A DNA stretch of 64,000 nt from Octopus vulgaris (GCA_951406725.2 OX597820.1:69626001-69690000), one strand, 5' to 3'; positions 13,965 through 27,660 are shown, counted from the first letter of the stretch. Notes: a model not told the origin generated them from the sequence alone. Translations and numbers: made by a program.

Positions 13965-14210
13965 TGTTTGTTCCTTCTCTAGCCATGCCTGGCTCATAAG
14001 GGCCGGTTTTCTTGGCGTATAGGTTCCCCACCTGAACGGGACGCCGGTCCGTCGCAGGTGAGCTGCAAGATGCAGGAGGAAAGAGTGAGAGAAAGGTGTG
14101 GCGAAAGAGTCAGCAGAAATTCGCCATTACCTTCTGTCGGAGCCACGTGGAGCTTAGGCGTTCCGCTCATAAACATACACATCGCCCAGTCTGAGATTCG
14201 AACCCGCGAT
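13965..14210 (-). mobile_element. tRNA-derived SINE (head A, tail 1), 5'-truncated
   Basis: Reverse complement matches the 5748-6032 element; retains the B-box. Confidence 0.9.
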
Positions 14211-14560
14211 CTCTCTTAAAAGAACCAGTCTATTCGCTTTGAGGAGCTGTAAATTGAACAATATTTTAACAAAAAAAGTGACTTTATAAAACGGTTATAA
14301 AGAGAAAAGAGGTTACTATTCGAGTTTATCCAACTCAAGTTTGTTGTCCCAAGCTGGGGGTTAGATCGAAGTTCGAGTAACAGTGGGCTCTACTGGACGA
14401 GTTAGATAAGATAGACATGTATTCCCTTACGGCTGATGTAGTTTAACTCTCTTTTTTTTCAAGGCTTGAGCACCAATTGAAAAATTCAAATTTGATTGCA
14501 AAGAATTCAAATTTGATGGCAAAGAATCTAAACTAGATCGAAAACGTGTGTACATACATA

Positions 14561-15693
14561 TTGGATTCGCAACAAAGTTCCCGCCGTCTTCTAAAAATTT
14601 TGGAATTTATTGCATTTTTAAATTTTGGAATCTATTTTTTCTTCTTTCGAGAATCCTGCTTTTGAATGATTTTGGAATCTTTCATATTTTTCTAGTCAAT
14701 TTTAGTTAATTTTTGCTTATTTCCAGATCATTAAAATGGAATGTCAAGTTAAGAAAAACGAGGATTTTCGACACCGCCTTGTTATTGCTTTTAATCAAGG
14801 TTCTAATGCCGCAGAAGCTGCTCGCCACATTTGTGCTGTATATGGAGAGGGTGCCATAGCTGAAAGAACCGTTCGTCATGGGTATGCCAAGTTCAAAAAT
14901 GGAAATTTTGACCCCAAAGAAGCACCTCGTTCTGACCGTCCAGTTGAGTTCGAAGAAAAGCGATTGAACTTACTTTTACACGAAAATTCTCGTCAAGCGA
15001 CAGGGGATTGTGCAGAGAAAATGAAATTCAACCATCTTCACTCGGTGGGAAAGTTTCAGAAGTATTGAGCATGCTTTAAGTGACAAGAACAAAAATCAAC
15101 GAGCCACAATCTCCGCTGGTTTGCTTGCTCATCACCGCTCAACACATGGACACAAGCAACGATTTCTTTACGGAATCGTTACTGGCGATGAAAAATGGTG
15201 TCTGTACATCAATACGAAGAAGCGTAAGGAATGGCTTAGCCCCGGCAAACAAGAGACACCACGCGTGAATCAAGACCTTAATCCACGTAAAACGATGTTG
15301 CACGTATGGTGGGACTGGAAAGGGATTGTCAATTGCGAATTAGTTGAACGGAACCAAATGGTCAACGCAGAACTCTATGTTCAACAGATGGAACGACTCA
15401 ACACGGCTATTCAAGAGAAAATCGTCAGTATGGAGTTCTGCTGCAATATGACCGAGGAAGCCATTCAAACGCGTGGCTGGGAAGTGCTGCCACACACGCC
15501 GTGCTCTCCTGATTTGGCACGAAAGGATTTCCACCTCTCTCGAACACTTTCAAGTGCTATGCGCGGAGTATCGTTCAATACTGATGCAGAATTGAGAGCT
15601 TGGTTGGATCAATTTTTCGAGTCGAAATCGGGTGATTGCTACCATCGAAGTATTGAAAATCTTGTTAAACGTTGGGAAGAAGGTGTAAACAAG
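14561..15693 (+). mobile_element. Mariner (mellifera/capitata-like) with left TIR and decayed transposase; right TIR missing
   Basis: TA + TTGGATTCGCAACAAAGTTCC start; ORFs MECQVKKNEDFRH..CAVYGEGAIAERT and IVTGDEKW..WWDWKG..HTPCSPDLARKDFHL..LVKRWEE. Confidence 0.92.
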
Positions 15694-17149
15694 GGTCAAG
15701 TCAGGTCAGGTCAGGTCAGGTCAAGTCAAGTGTGACGCCATAGGGCTGACTGTGGGCCGGGTAGTGCCATATATATATATATATTCCACTCCTGATTACC
15801 AACTATATATAAACGTTTCATCCAAGTAAAAAACTTACGTTATTTGATTCCGTGTCTGAGACATATGAGTATATAGGTGAGTGAATATACATATTTATGG
15901 ATATGCAAGTCAAACATAAGCAATAAAGGGTAGGTGTCGAAGAACCTGATTTCTATTAAAACACCAGTGGGAACTTCACCACGGTGACTATTATTATTAC
16001 TGCTGCTAGTTATTCGACGTCTACGGCCACTCCTATGAAAACAAGTCTTGACCACACTAATTTACCAAAACAGATAGTAGTAATTTTCGGTTACAGTCAG
16101 TTCAACTTTTTATGCTACCAGAACTAATAATGCAGGAGCCAGTCCTGATTTGATTAGACTTGAAGCTCTAAAATACTAGCAGGGCACAAATGGTATAAAT
16201 GGTCCTAATACCACGAAACGTGATTCTTAAGTTTGCTTAGGTATAGATTAATTAATTATGAGATAATTAACTTGCGTAAATAGCTAATTTAATTAGACTT
16301 TAAGCTCCAGCAATGAATCACATTGAATATTACTCCTTAGACACATGTGATACTTAAATGAAAGCTTAAGAAAAAAGAACGGATATGGAAAAACAAATTA
16401 ATAAGTTTTAATTAGACACTTAATTAGGAAATAATTAGACTTTCTGCTCCAACGTCAATTTCTTCGCAGAATTGTTCACTAAACCCAACTGAATCTATTC
16501 ATGTCACTTAAGAACTATTTTAGGTATGGATTTATAAGAAGCATTTTCTACTAATCATTATACACTAATTAAGAAGAAATATACAGAAACACTCTTTTCA
16601 AGCTACTTGATGAATGCAGTCTCTCGGTTTAGTAGTACTGAAGTCAATCTGTTCGTCTAAAACACGTGAAGGTGGCACCTCAGCTTGGCTATACTCCATT
16701 GATTGAAACAACTAAAAGTTCAGTGAAAGGTAGTGAGGCAAAAACAACAAGTATCTACAAAGACGCCGACATATCATCCGCTGCTATGAATAAGGGTTGT
16801 CCTATCGAACTATTTTTTGAAAACAGTTCAATTTATCAATATTCATGAACAACATAGTTGTAAGGTGTATTGAAGGAGGACATCGCCGAGTGAATATGAG
16901 AAGTAGGCGGCGTTGGCATTTTGTTAGGGAAATGAAGGAAAACTTAAGAGGGAAGTTATTTCACATCGACGTGCAATCGATAGAGAGAATGTAAATTCTA
17001 GGGGTGTGTCGAAATATTGTGGCATCATAGTGTTAACCATTTTTTTCTGTTCTGTGTTACATGTAATACACCGGGTATATTTCTCTTGCATCCATGCACG
17101 ATATATGATAGATATTCCTAATTTTTTCCATCCACCAGAGTAACTTAGA

Positions 17150-17960
17150 ACTTATGAAAGGAACGCTTATATCATTCAGAACGTGTAGACCAAGAGCTAT
17201 CTAAAAATCTGAAAACAACCATAGACGTTTAGGATACACGTAAATGATTTGCACAGGCAAAGGTTTAAAATATCTCGGATATGAAAGTTGATGTGAAAAA
17301 AAGCAACTAGTGATTTGAAGGATTAATATGCGCAAAATGCTTAACTGGGCTAAAGTATTCTATCTCAAGGAAGACAAGTTTTAGTTATCAATATGATCTG
17401 ACGACAGCAAATCCTGCCATTTTGTAATTCAAAGCAGATTTATGTTTGATAAAATGTAACTGAAATACATATGCAGTATGTAATGAATAGATAAATATGG
17501 AGGTGTTGGACTTATCGAAATGGGGGAGAAATTTGGGTGAACGCAGTTCAGAATTAACATTTGGTGATTATCACGAAATTGGTCCAACATACAGTCAAAT
17601 ACTTGAAAAAGCGCTATTACCAATCCACCAACTAATCCTCTGTAAGTTTTGATGGGGGAAATCACTGTTTTTAAATAGCTGCGGACTGATGCAACACAAT
17701 CAGGATATTACAAGCTTTGTAAAGAACTCGCGCTTTCGAGTATTTGAAATGGGTTGTTTCGAGGCCTAATCCAAAAGGATATTTAGGTGATGGAAAGACC
17801 TGGTCAAGATCGTTGAAAATTAGATGAATTAAACAATAGGAGAATTGACCGTAGGGTTGATAAACATGAATAAGTCTGCTGCAGAAAATTCAATGAAATT
17901 TATGCCTAATCGATTGAAAACAATGATATTAGTGAAAGGAGGAACTAGAAATAATGAGAA
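17150..17960 (+). pseudogene. Highly decayed Tc1-like transposase relic
   Basis: MPNRLKTMILVKGGT at 17902 resembles the Tc1 C-terminal SMPxRLxAVIxAKGGxTKY motif; upstream part barely readable. Confidence 0.45.
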
Positions 17961-18095
17961 AAACTTCTATTTGTTTTTAATACAACATTAACGTTGCTTT
18001 GTATGATCCTGGTTATAAAGGCTATTGTAGTTAGTCAAGTTTAAATCGGTATATTAGATTTTAGCGATTTTCTCAGTTTTATTATTAGAGCCTAG

Positions 18096-18288
18096 GATAG
18101 GCGAGCTGACAGAACGGTTAGTATGTCGGGCAAATTGCTTAGTGGTATTTCGTTCGTCTTTACGTTCTGAGTTCAAATTCCACCGAGGTTAACTTTGACT
18201 TCCCGTTCTTTCGAGGTCGATAAAATAAAACCATGTTGGTCAGTGGAATCGACTTACCCCTCCTGGTCTGGTGCCAAAATTTGAAACC
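18096..18288 (+). mobile_element. Nin-domain SINE with 15-bp TSD
   Basis: SINE body flanked by ATTATTAGAGCCTAG at 18081-18095 and 18289-18303. Confidence 0.9.
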
Positions 18289-18709
18289 ATTATTAGAGCC
18301 TAGTATACAATTACTATACAATATTTGTTCTGGCTATTTAAACCCAGTGATTAAACACAGAGTAAACAGATGGAACAAATACGGGCAACCGGGTTAAATT
18401 TACAATTCATCCCTCTACATTTCATAATATGTAAATGACCAACGCTCTCCTTTTGAAGCATCTATGTTCATGTTTAAAATCGGAACAGGTATCTAGGGCT
18501 GAAATGGCATTGGGTGTTATAAAGCTGCTATGTTCATGTTTAAAATTGAAACAAGTGTCTAAGCCTGAAATGGCAGTGGGCATTATAGAGTTGGTCAAAA
18601 TGCTTTCCATATAATTTCGGCTCTTTACATGTTAAGTTCAAATCTTGCCTAGGTGTCGGAGTTATAAGCAATTATTAGAAAAGTGGATTGACAGAATTGT
18701 TATAATTGT

Positions 18710-18910
18710 TTCAAATTTCATCACGCGGCCAACAATTTTAGGGGTGAAGCTTAGTCCATTACATCGACTCCAGGATTCGTTCTGTTGATATTTGTTTGAT
18801 CGATCTCGAAGGGGAAAAAGCGAAGTCGATCACGTTGGAATTTGAAGTCAGACCGTAAACAACTAAAAGAAATATCGAGGAACATTTTGTCCGATGCACT
18901 AACACTTTTG
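18710..18910 (-). mobile_element. Degenerate Nin-domain SINE
   Basis: Antisense similarity to the other copies. Confidence 0.7.
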
Positions 18911-19947
18911 GCAGAACAAATGTCAACGAAAAAGAGAAAATATTGATTTGCACTGTTTGTTCTGACTCTTTACTTCCCGTGATCTAATCTCAACGAGGTC
19001 AACTTTAACATTTTTCTTTCTGGAATTGGTACTTAAGTGTTAACCTCTTTGCATCCTCTACTATAAATCGGCAGTTCCCTTCTTTAGCATCTGGTTTTGT
19101 GTCCGTGATACAAATTGTTTAGTTATTTCAATTACAAGGCACTATTGACCTCCTGCTGTCTATTTTGGCCTGTTTGTCCGACCCTCGACCAAAAATGCTT
19201 TAGTGGATGGCAAATAAAGGAATTAGATTAACTTGGATATTGAAATGATCAAAGGTTTTCTAGCTGCGTGACAATTCTACCTTCTTTTGAGTACTACGTA
19301 TCGCAGTCTACATTCTTCATTGCACCTTGCACTTGCTTTTCAAGTCGCAAAGATATAATTCTAAAGGAGAATTTTATTCCTTTTTCAAGCTTTTCGAATG
19401 AATTAGTAGATGTTCAAGTTTAGAATAAAGTAAGGCGGTTTTTCAAAGGAAATGATTATTTAAAGTAGAGATTGCAAAGTAGAATTGCCCAATGTTCATA
19501 TATAGCAATAGTCACCACATGCAATGTATTCTAAGTATAAGGTAGAACTGGAAATAGTCAATCGACCCGGCTTTAAGTATACACTTACAGTACTACTGCT
19601 CTTGAAGCAATTATGGAAATCATAATCTTTGTTTAAATTGTCCTTCCAACCAAAAGTTTTGGTATTCATTCCATGGTTATGCTTGGTCAAAGACAGTCAA
19701 AAGGGTCAAATTGTAACCTTGACATGTGAGATAAATAAATACTGGTTCCTTTTCAACTTAGCGCCAACAAATGTTCATAGTATTGATTTAAAATGAAAAG
19801 AATAAATCATTTGAGGATCATTCATTTGCCTGAGGCGGTTGTTAAGAGAAGTAAAGTAGCATTATGAAAACATGTTTCTAGACAAAAGGTAACGATATAT
19901 TAGCATCAGTAAATCGTTAATTAATAACTATTTTGATTTTACATAAG

Positions 19948-20162
19948 ACTGCGAGCTGGCATAACCGTTAGCACATAGGGTAAAATGCTCAGCGGCATTT
20001 CGTCTGTATTTACGATCTGATTTCATATCCGCCGAGGTCGATTTTTGTCTTTCATCCTTTCGAGACCGATAAAATAACTACCAGTTGAACTCTGAGGGTC
20101 GGTGTAATTGATTTACTGCCTGCCCCGAAATTGCTAACCCTGTGCCAAAATTTGAAACCAAT
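19948..20162 (+). mobile_element. Nin-domain SINE
   Basis: GCGAGCTGGC head, CCGCCGAGGTCGA..TTTCATCCTTTCG domain, TGTGCCAAAATTTGAAACC tail. Confidence 0.88.
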
Positions 20163-20599
20163 AATTATTTATGACACATGCATTAAATTATAGAGTTCGA
20201 AGACGGAAATGACTGTTTCTTTAGTAGCTACGTAGTCTATAGAAATAAAATTCTTTCCTAATTTCTAAATTATGAATATGTACTAGGGAAACAGAGATAT
20301 ATGTAATTTGAAATTAACACTGAACCCGAGAAACTGAAATGGAATAGCTTTACATTATTGATATAGAACGGTCTCCTACAACCGCCAAAACTGCCAGATT
20401 ACTTCAGTTATCTGGTAGTTCCGGGAGCAGTAGCAGGCGGTTCTCCTCTGTCAATAATATAACGTTGAGTGCTTTTATGCACCGCGAGTCCTTATGAAAG
20501 GTTTTCTCCTAACACAATCTCCAAGTTAAGTCGTAGATCAGATGTGTGTGTGTGTGCGCAAATAAATTTTTGTGTGTGTTTATGTGTGTGCGTGCGCAT

Positions 20600-21000
20600 A
20601 TAGGTAAAATCAGGGCTTCTTTGAAATGTTTGAAGAACAGTCAAGAAGGAGCACTCGTACATTGTCAGCAGAACGTGGTCCTCTATAAGATACCATCGAA
20701 CAATTCTATAACCTCAGCTGATGAACAGACGCTGTTAAGAAGCTCTTCATGAAGTGGCCAATGAGCAGGGTGATCTACGTATGAAAATCTGCAAAAAAAT
20801 GCTGACGAATCCTTGAGAGGCCCGTTTTTGGCGTCGAATTCTAATAAGGAGTGAAAAAATTTGCTTCCATAATCATAAAGGAATTCAGTAGCTTCGTTGC
20901 AACCCGACTTTAGAACGTGTTGCCAAACAAGAGCTGTGATAACAGAAGGGCAGGCATGGTTTGTGCTTGGCGGAATTTCGAGTGTATATATCCTAACTAG
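20600..21000 (+). pseudogene. Decayed mariner transposase fragment
   Basis: Translatable pieces EEQSRRSTRTLSAE, LHEVANEQ..RMKICKKMLTNP*EARFWRRIL, VAKQEL, MVCAWRNFEC match mariner PHEL..RIVT.DEKW..MLCVWW motifs. Confidence 0.6.
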
Positions 21001-21191
21001 CTAATATGCTTATTGCAAGGTCAGTAACTGTGTGTCACTTCCTATACATTGCGAGCTGGAGTGAACTACTGCTTTACCTACCGCACGAGTATCCATCACC
21101 GAGGGTAACGATAGAGAGATCGAAACTGTACGATCTCCGGACTATAATAGTAGGGAGTTCTCTCCTTGCTTGCAATATATATCGAGTGTAA

Positions 21192-21828
21192 AGGCGTCGA
21201 GCTGGCAGAAGCGTTAGCACACCGGGCAAAATGCTTAGCGGTATTTCATCTGTCTTTTCGTTCTGAGTTCAAATTCCGCCTTTCATCCTTTCGGGGTAGA
21301 TAAATTAAGTACTAATTGCGTACTGGAGTCGTTCTAATCGACTTGCTCCCTCCCACAAAATGTCGAGCCTTGTGCTTAGAGTAGAAAAGAATATTTAAGG
21401 CGGCGAGCTGGCAGAAACATTAGCACGCCGGGCGAAATGTTTAGCGGTATTTCGTCTGCCGTTATATTCTGAGTTCATATTCCGCCGAGGTCGACTTTGC
21501 CTTTCATCCTTCCGGGGTCGATAAATTAAGTACCAGTTACGCCCTGGGGTCAATTACATCGACTTAACCTCTTTGTCCGTCCTTGTTTACCCCCTCTATG
21601 TTTAGCCGCTTGTGGGCAATAAAGAAATAAGGAACGTTAACACGCCGGGTGATATGCTTAGCGCTATTTCGCCTGTCTTCATGTTCTGAGTTCAAATTCC
21701 GCCGAGGTCTACTTTGCCTTTCATCCTTTCGAGGTCGATAAATTAAGTACCAGTTACGTATTGGTGCCGATCTAATCGACTGGCTCCCTACTCAAAACTT
21801 TCGAGCCTTGTGCCAAGAGTAGAAAAGT
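21192..21828 (+). mobile_element. Three tandem Nin-domain SINE units bounded by a 17-bp TSD
   Basis: Units at about 21192-21395, 21397-21630 and 21631-21828; ATATATATCGAGTGTAA at 21175-21191 and 21829-21845. Confidence 0.92.
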
Positions 21829-22009
21829 ATATATATCGAGTGTAACGTGCACTGAATAAGCAGCAAGAAGAGGCGTCCTCCTTGTGTTAAATAGCAGTAT
21901 CGTTGGTTCCTGGGGAATACCTCTGTTTCGGTGACGTTATACACAACTTCTCAGAGTAAATACTGCTTGGATTTCTTATAAAAAATTTCCTAGTTAGCTA
22001 ATTTACTTC

Positions 22010-22375
22010 GGGTTATTAAGCTGTTTTGCAGCCATGGGGTTCCTGTTCAGTTGCACTGTATGGTACCTAGGGCAAGTGCTATAGCCCAGGGCCGACTAAT
22101 ACCGTCTGAGTGATTTTGTGAGGCGGAATCTGTATGGAATCCCGTTGTGTATGTGTATGTACGGGTTTGTGTTTGTTCCCCATCATCGATTCACAGCCGG
22201 TCTTGCTTTGTTTACATCACTGCTCTGCAAAAGAAAATGATATTTTCAAGCAGAACATATTAAAAACAAACAAAAAAACAAAACCGTACTAGGATCGGTG
22301 AGTTGACTGAACGCTTCAGGGCATTGCCCAGCATGGCCGCATTCCAATGACTGAAACAAGCAAGAGATAAAAGAC
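22010..22375 (+). mobile_element. Degenerate CORE SINE with internal microsatellite (family C)
   Basis: GGTACCTAGGGCAAGTG core; tail CCAGCATGGCCGCA..ATGACTGAAACAAG. Confidence 0.75.
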
Positions 22376-22515
22376 AAATACACACTCACACATACACTAT
22401 CATATATGTGTGTATGTAACAACCACACACATCCTACTAATATATATATACATATATACATATATACATACATATGTGTGCGCTTGTGCGTGTATACATA
22501 CACACATATATATAT

Positions 22516-22615
<100 letters not shown>

Positions 22616-23264
22616 CTACATATATATATATATAAGTAAACGTGCATACTTGTACATATGTATCCTGCAGTGAATGCTACAGTACATGAGGTGTTTTGAT
22701 ATTCAACTGCTTATTCCCGGAAAAGACGTATCTGAATGCGTAAAAAGTACTTCATTATTTAGTAAGCTTGTTGTTGAAGTTTGTGATTTTTGGATGCTGT
22801 TGTTGTTGTTGTTGTTGCTGCTGTCGTCGTCTTCGTCGTTGATGCTGTTATCTTACTGATTTTGTTTCGTTTTTCTTCCCCCCCCCCCCACCGCCAATTT
22901 CATTGTTTTAATATTCGTCAAATGAAGATACAACATGATTTGAAATGTTAGTAATTAAATATTTTTATTGCTTTTCCTGAAACATAAGAATGCAGCAGGC
23001 ATGTAAGATATTCACGCTTATACACAATCTCTCTCTCTCTCATACACACACACATACACACATACACGCACACACACACATACATACGCGTGCGCATAAA
23101 CACTCATACGCAAGCATACACGGACGAGTAAGTGGCTTCCGCTCGATCTCTTGTCTGCTTTACATTCTTTGTCTGTCTCTATCTCTGTCTTTCCCACTCA
23201 CTCATTATTTTGCTTTCTCTCTTTCTCATCCTTGGTCTTTCACCATCTCTCCTAGCGTATTTCA

Positions 23265-23298
23265 CCACCACCACCACCACCACCACCACCACCACCAC

Positions 23299-23333
<35 letters not shown>

Positions 23334-23390
23334 CACCAATACTACTACTACTACTACCACCACCACCAATACTACTACTACCACCACCAA

Positions 23391-23432
<42 letters not shown>

Positions 23433-23466
23433 CAATACTACTACTACCACTATCACCACCAATACA

Positions 23467-23507
<41 letters not shown>
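23265..23507. repeat. (CAC)n/(TAC)n compound repeat with recurring CACCAATACTAC junction units
   Basis: Directly visible. Confidence 0.95.
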
Positions 23508-23717
23508 ACACCTGCATACACATACAGATGCAAACATTTTAACTGAATGTTCATGTATACCTACACTCAACACGGATGAGGTTACTCGTTACAGATTATA
23601 TGAATATGTGCAGTTAGTATAAGACTGTATGTGTTGTACGTGTGTGCGTGCGTATGCATGCATGTATATATATATGTGTATGTGTGTATGTCTATGTATG
23701 TGTGTGTGTGAGTATAT

Positions 23718-24126
23718 ACTCTTTTACTCTTTTACTTTTTCACTCATTTGACTGCGGCCATGCTGGAGCACCGCCTTTAGTCGAGCAAATCGACCCCAGG
23801 ACTTATTCTTTGTAAGCCTAGCACTTATTCTCTCGGTGTCTTTTGCCGAACCGCTAAGTTACGGGGACGCAAACACACCACCGTCGGTTGTCAAGCGATG
23901 GTGGGGGGACAAACACAGACACACAAATATATACACACACATACATATATATACATATATTTACGGGGGCTTCTTTCAGTTTCTGTCTATTAAATCCACT
24001 CACAAGGCTTCGGTCGGCCCGAGGCTATAGTAGAAGACACTTGCCCAAGGTGCCACGTAGTGGGACTGAACTCGGAACTATGTGGTTATTGAGCAAGCTA
24101 CTTATCACACAGCCACTCTTGCGCCA
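23718..24126 (-). mobile_element. CORE SINE family C, full length
   Basis: tRNA-like head, GGCACCTTGGGCAAGTGTCTT core, internal (TG/TA) tract, (AGAGTAAA)n tail; matches copies at 27745, 48870 and 56003. Confidence 0.93.
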
Positions 24127-24553
24127 ATATATATTTATGTTTACACATGTATATATGTATTTGTATGTATATGTATAGACACGTATACGAATATAATTAT
24201 GTGTGCATGAGTATGTTTGTGTATCAATCTCTGTGTCTATAGCGCGACCAACAAATACATACAAGTGCGCACGCATACTCACGTACACGTATATACGCTA
24301 ATGCATATAGAGTGAAAGCTAGCCAGACGTATATGCATACAGCGTTGATAGAGATGAAGAGTATGCTTATTTATGCACATGAAATATGGATAGAGAGAGA
24401 GAGAGAGAAAGTAAGAGAGAGTGAGTACAGGAGAGAAAGAGTAAGCGGGAGAAGAAGAGAAATGAGTAGGAGAGAAGATTTTTTCTACCCTACAGCGCAT
24501 GGAGATATCCGTCTGCATTGTAATATATCAGTGAGTGTGTGTGTATATATGTG

Positions 24554-24598
<45 letters not shown>

Positions 24599-24981
24599 GA
24601 GGGTGTATGTATGAATTCATAAACTTGTGTGTGTATATATGTGAATGTGTATGATTGAATTAGAGATATATATATATTGACATATGTGTTTACAGTAACA
24701 TCATGTAGTAGCACACGCATATGCACGCACACACACACATGAACACGTATACATGTGCACACACGCGCACGCAGGTACACGCACGTGTAACACATGTATA
24801 TTTAATAATTTTATACAATAATATATAATTTCTAATGATCGTCAGCGTAATAATAATAGTGATAATAATAGCAACAATATTAATAATAATAATAATAATA
24901 ACAACAATAAAGACGATAATAATAACAATAATAATAATAATGATAATGATAATATTAATAATGATAATAATGATAATAATG

Positions 24982-25021
<40 letters not shown>

Positions 25022-25182
25022 CAATAATAATAATTTAGCGATACATGCACATATATTCGTAAACATTGATAAGAAGGCATTTTTTGAAATAATTTTATGT
25101 CCTCTATTTATTCAAATATATTTAACTTATCTGAGTATTATAGTTTCCGAGCACGCACGGAGAGAGACACAAGCACACACAA

Positions 25183-25244
<62 letters not shown>

Positions 25245-25381
25245 GCGCGCTCACACGCGTTCGCAAACGCACAAATAAATTCACACATGTAGATAGACAT
25301 GCATGTACATTTAAGAGATTATAGAATATGTTCTCACGCTTACATGCATGCATGTATGTATGTATGTTTGAATTCATTTCC

Positions 25382-25445
<64 letters not shown>

Positions 25446-26233
25446 TTATTGATATGGTTTTACATATATACATACTTTCATACATAAACACGTACGTACA
25501 TACGTAATACATATATATACAAATGTACATGCATTTATATAATCCAATACATATATACACACGCACTCATACATGTATATTTATATATATACATATATAT
25601 ATATATATTCATGTACGTAGATATATGTATGAAGTATATTAGTGTATGCATGTGTATATCTCTATGTACGTCAATGTTGATATGCACATATTTGTATGTG
25701 CATATGGAGGTGTGTGCTGAAGAATCTCTTAAGAAATGCTTGACATTGAGTAAGACGAAAAGAGAAAGCCTAAATAAAGAGATAGGAAGAGGAAAAGAAG
25801 ATTCCGAAAAAGGAATGAAGTCACATTATAGTGAGTGATAAAGACACGGAAGATCTTTCTGAAATATAGCTTTCATTGTTCTGATCTTGTATTTCAGATA
25901 ATATTTCATATAATCATCGTAGTCATGAGCCCGTTTATCAAATAATGTCTTGATCAAACAAATAAATCCGTTTTCCCCATTGTAATTGTATTTTATCGTA
26001 TTATTATGATTTCATAATACAACACAAAATGGAAGACTAAAATCATTATTTCATTGCTGTAAGTTCGACTCACGAAGAGAGCCTGAAAGCGAGGATAAAG
26101 AAATTTAATCACTGCGCTCGCGTCCTTGTGTATGTGTGTGCATGAGAATTATGTCTATACAATATGTATGCATCTGGTATAAATATACGCATACATACAC
26201 GCAAACACATGCACACACACACACACACATATA

Positions 26234-26272
<39 letters not shown>

Positions 26273-26485
26273 ACATCTGCATATGGATACATGCATCAAT
26301 ATATATTCGTATATCTACTCATATATAGTATATATAGAAATATATATTCATATATTACACGCATACATACACACACATGTAATATATATGTACTTATAAA
26401 ACTATGTATAAGTATATATCATACATATGCATGTGTGCGTATAGAGATAGGCAGCATGAAAGCAAGATAGATCGATCGTTAAAAG

Positions 26486-26486
<1 letters not shown>

Positions 26487-26582
<96 letters not shown>
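26487..26582. repeat. (GATA)n microsatellite
   Basis: Directly visible. Confidence 0.95.
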
Positions 26583-27009
26583 GTAGGTAGGTATGTATGA
26601 TTGCATTGTTATTGTATGCACACATTCGAGAAAAAGAGAGAGGAGAGACATGAGAATGGAAAAGTGGACATAAGTGTGTAGAAGCCCCTTGCATTGGCGA
26701 TACAAATCTATATATCAGTTACCTTTCCAATAGGAATCATCTCACTCTTCAGTTACATCTGGACAGAAGAACCATGCTGTTTTGAATATCGTAACTGAAG
26801 AGAAGATATCTAATGTATTTATTAACGCTCCAACAAACCCTTAGATGTTACACAGTATAGTACCACGCAAAAACAGCCAACCCTTGCGAGTATTCATACT
26901 TCTATATATATACATATATAATATTTCCTATAGATCTAGAAATGCTAGGGGAAGAATATTGAATACTGATTATTGAATACTGAATTATTGAATACTATAT
27001 ACATATATG

Positions 27010-27057
<48 letters not shown>

Positions 27058-27060
<3 letters not shown>

Positions 27061-27392
27061 TCTTACTTGTTTCAGTCATTTGACTGTGGCCATGCTGGAG
27101 CACCGTCTTCAGTCGAGCAAATCGTCCCCAGGACTTATTATTTGTAAGCCTAGTACTTATTCTCTCGGTCACTTTTACCGAACCGCTAAGTTACGGGGAC
27201 GTAGACACACCAGCATCGGTTGTCAAGCGATATTGGGGGACCGGGGGGGACAAACACAGAAACACAAACTTATACACACACACATATGTATACATATATA
27301 CGACGGGCTTCTTTCAGTTTTCGTCTACCAAATCCATTCACAAGGCTCTGGTCGGCCCGAGGCTATAGCAGAAGAAACTTGTTCAAGGTGCT
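27058..27392 (-). mobile_element. CORE SINE family C lacking its tRNA head
   Basis: Matches family C up to CAAGGTGC, then switches to mariner sequence. Confidence 0.9.
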
Positions 27393-27609
27393 CAACTGGC
27401 TCAAACAACAGTCAATAGAAATTTACGTGGCAGGGATACATGGTCTCATTTGAAGGTGGAATATTGCTATTGAGAGAAACAGTGATTATGTAGAGAAGTA
27501 GGGATGTGATCCACAGAAGACCAGCTTCGTTTTGATATATGATACATGTTGCTGTGTTGGTAATTATACCTGTCCTAAACAAAATGGCATTACTTTTTGA
27601 TTCACCCTC

Positions 27610-27610
<1 letters not shown>
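27388..27610 (+). mobile_element. 3' end of an irritans-like mariner with right TIR
   Basis: VLNWLKQQSIEIYVAGIHGLI*RWNIAIERNSDYVEK*; terminal GGCATTACTTTTTGATTCACCCTCG+TA resembles the TIR of the 11542 mariner. Confidence 0.85.

Positions 27611-27660
<50 letters not shown>

Noticed and set aside
14310-14396. Pogo/Tigger-like TIR end (antisense CAGTAGAGCCCACTGTTACTCGAACT)
   Set aside because: Single short resemblance with no partner TIR or transposase trace; too weak to call.
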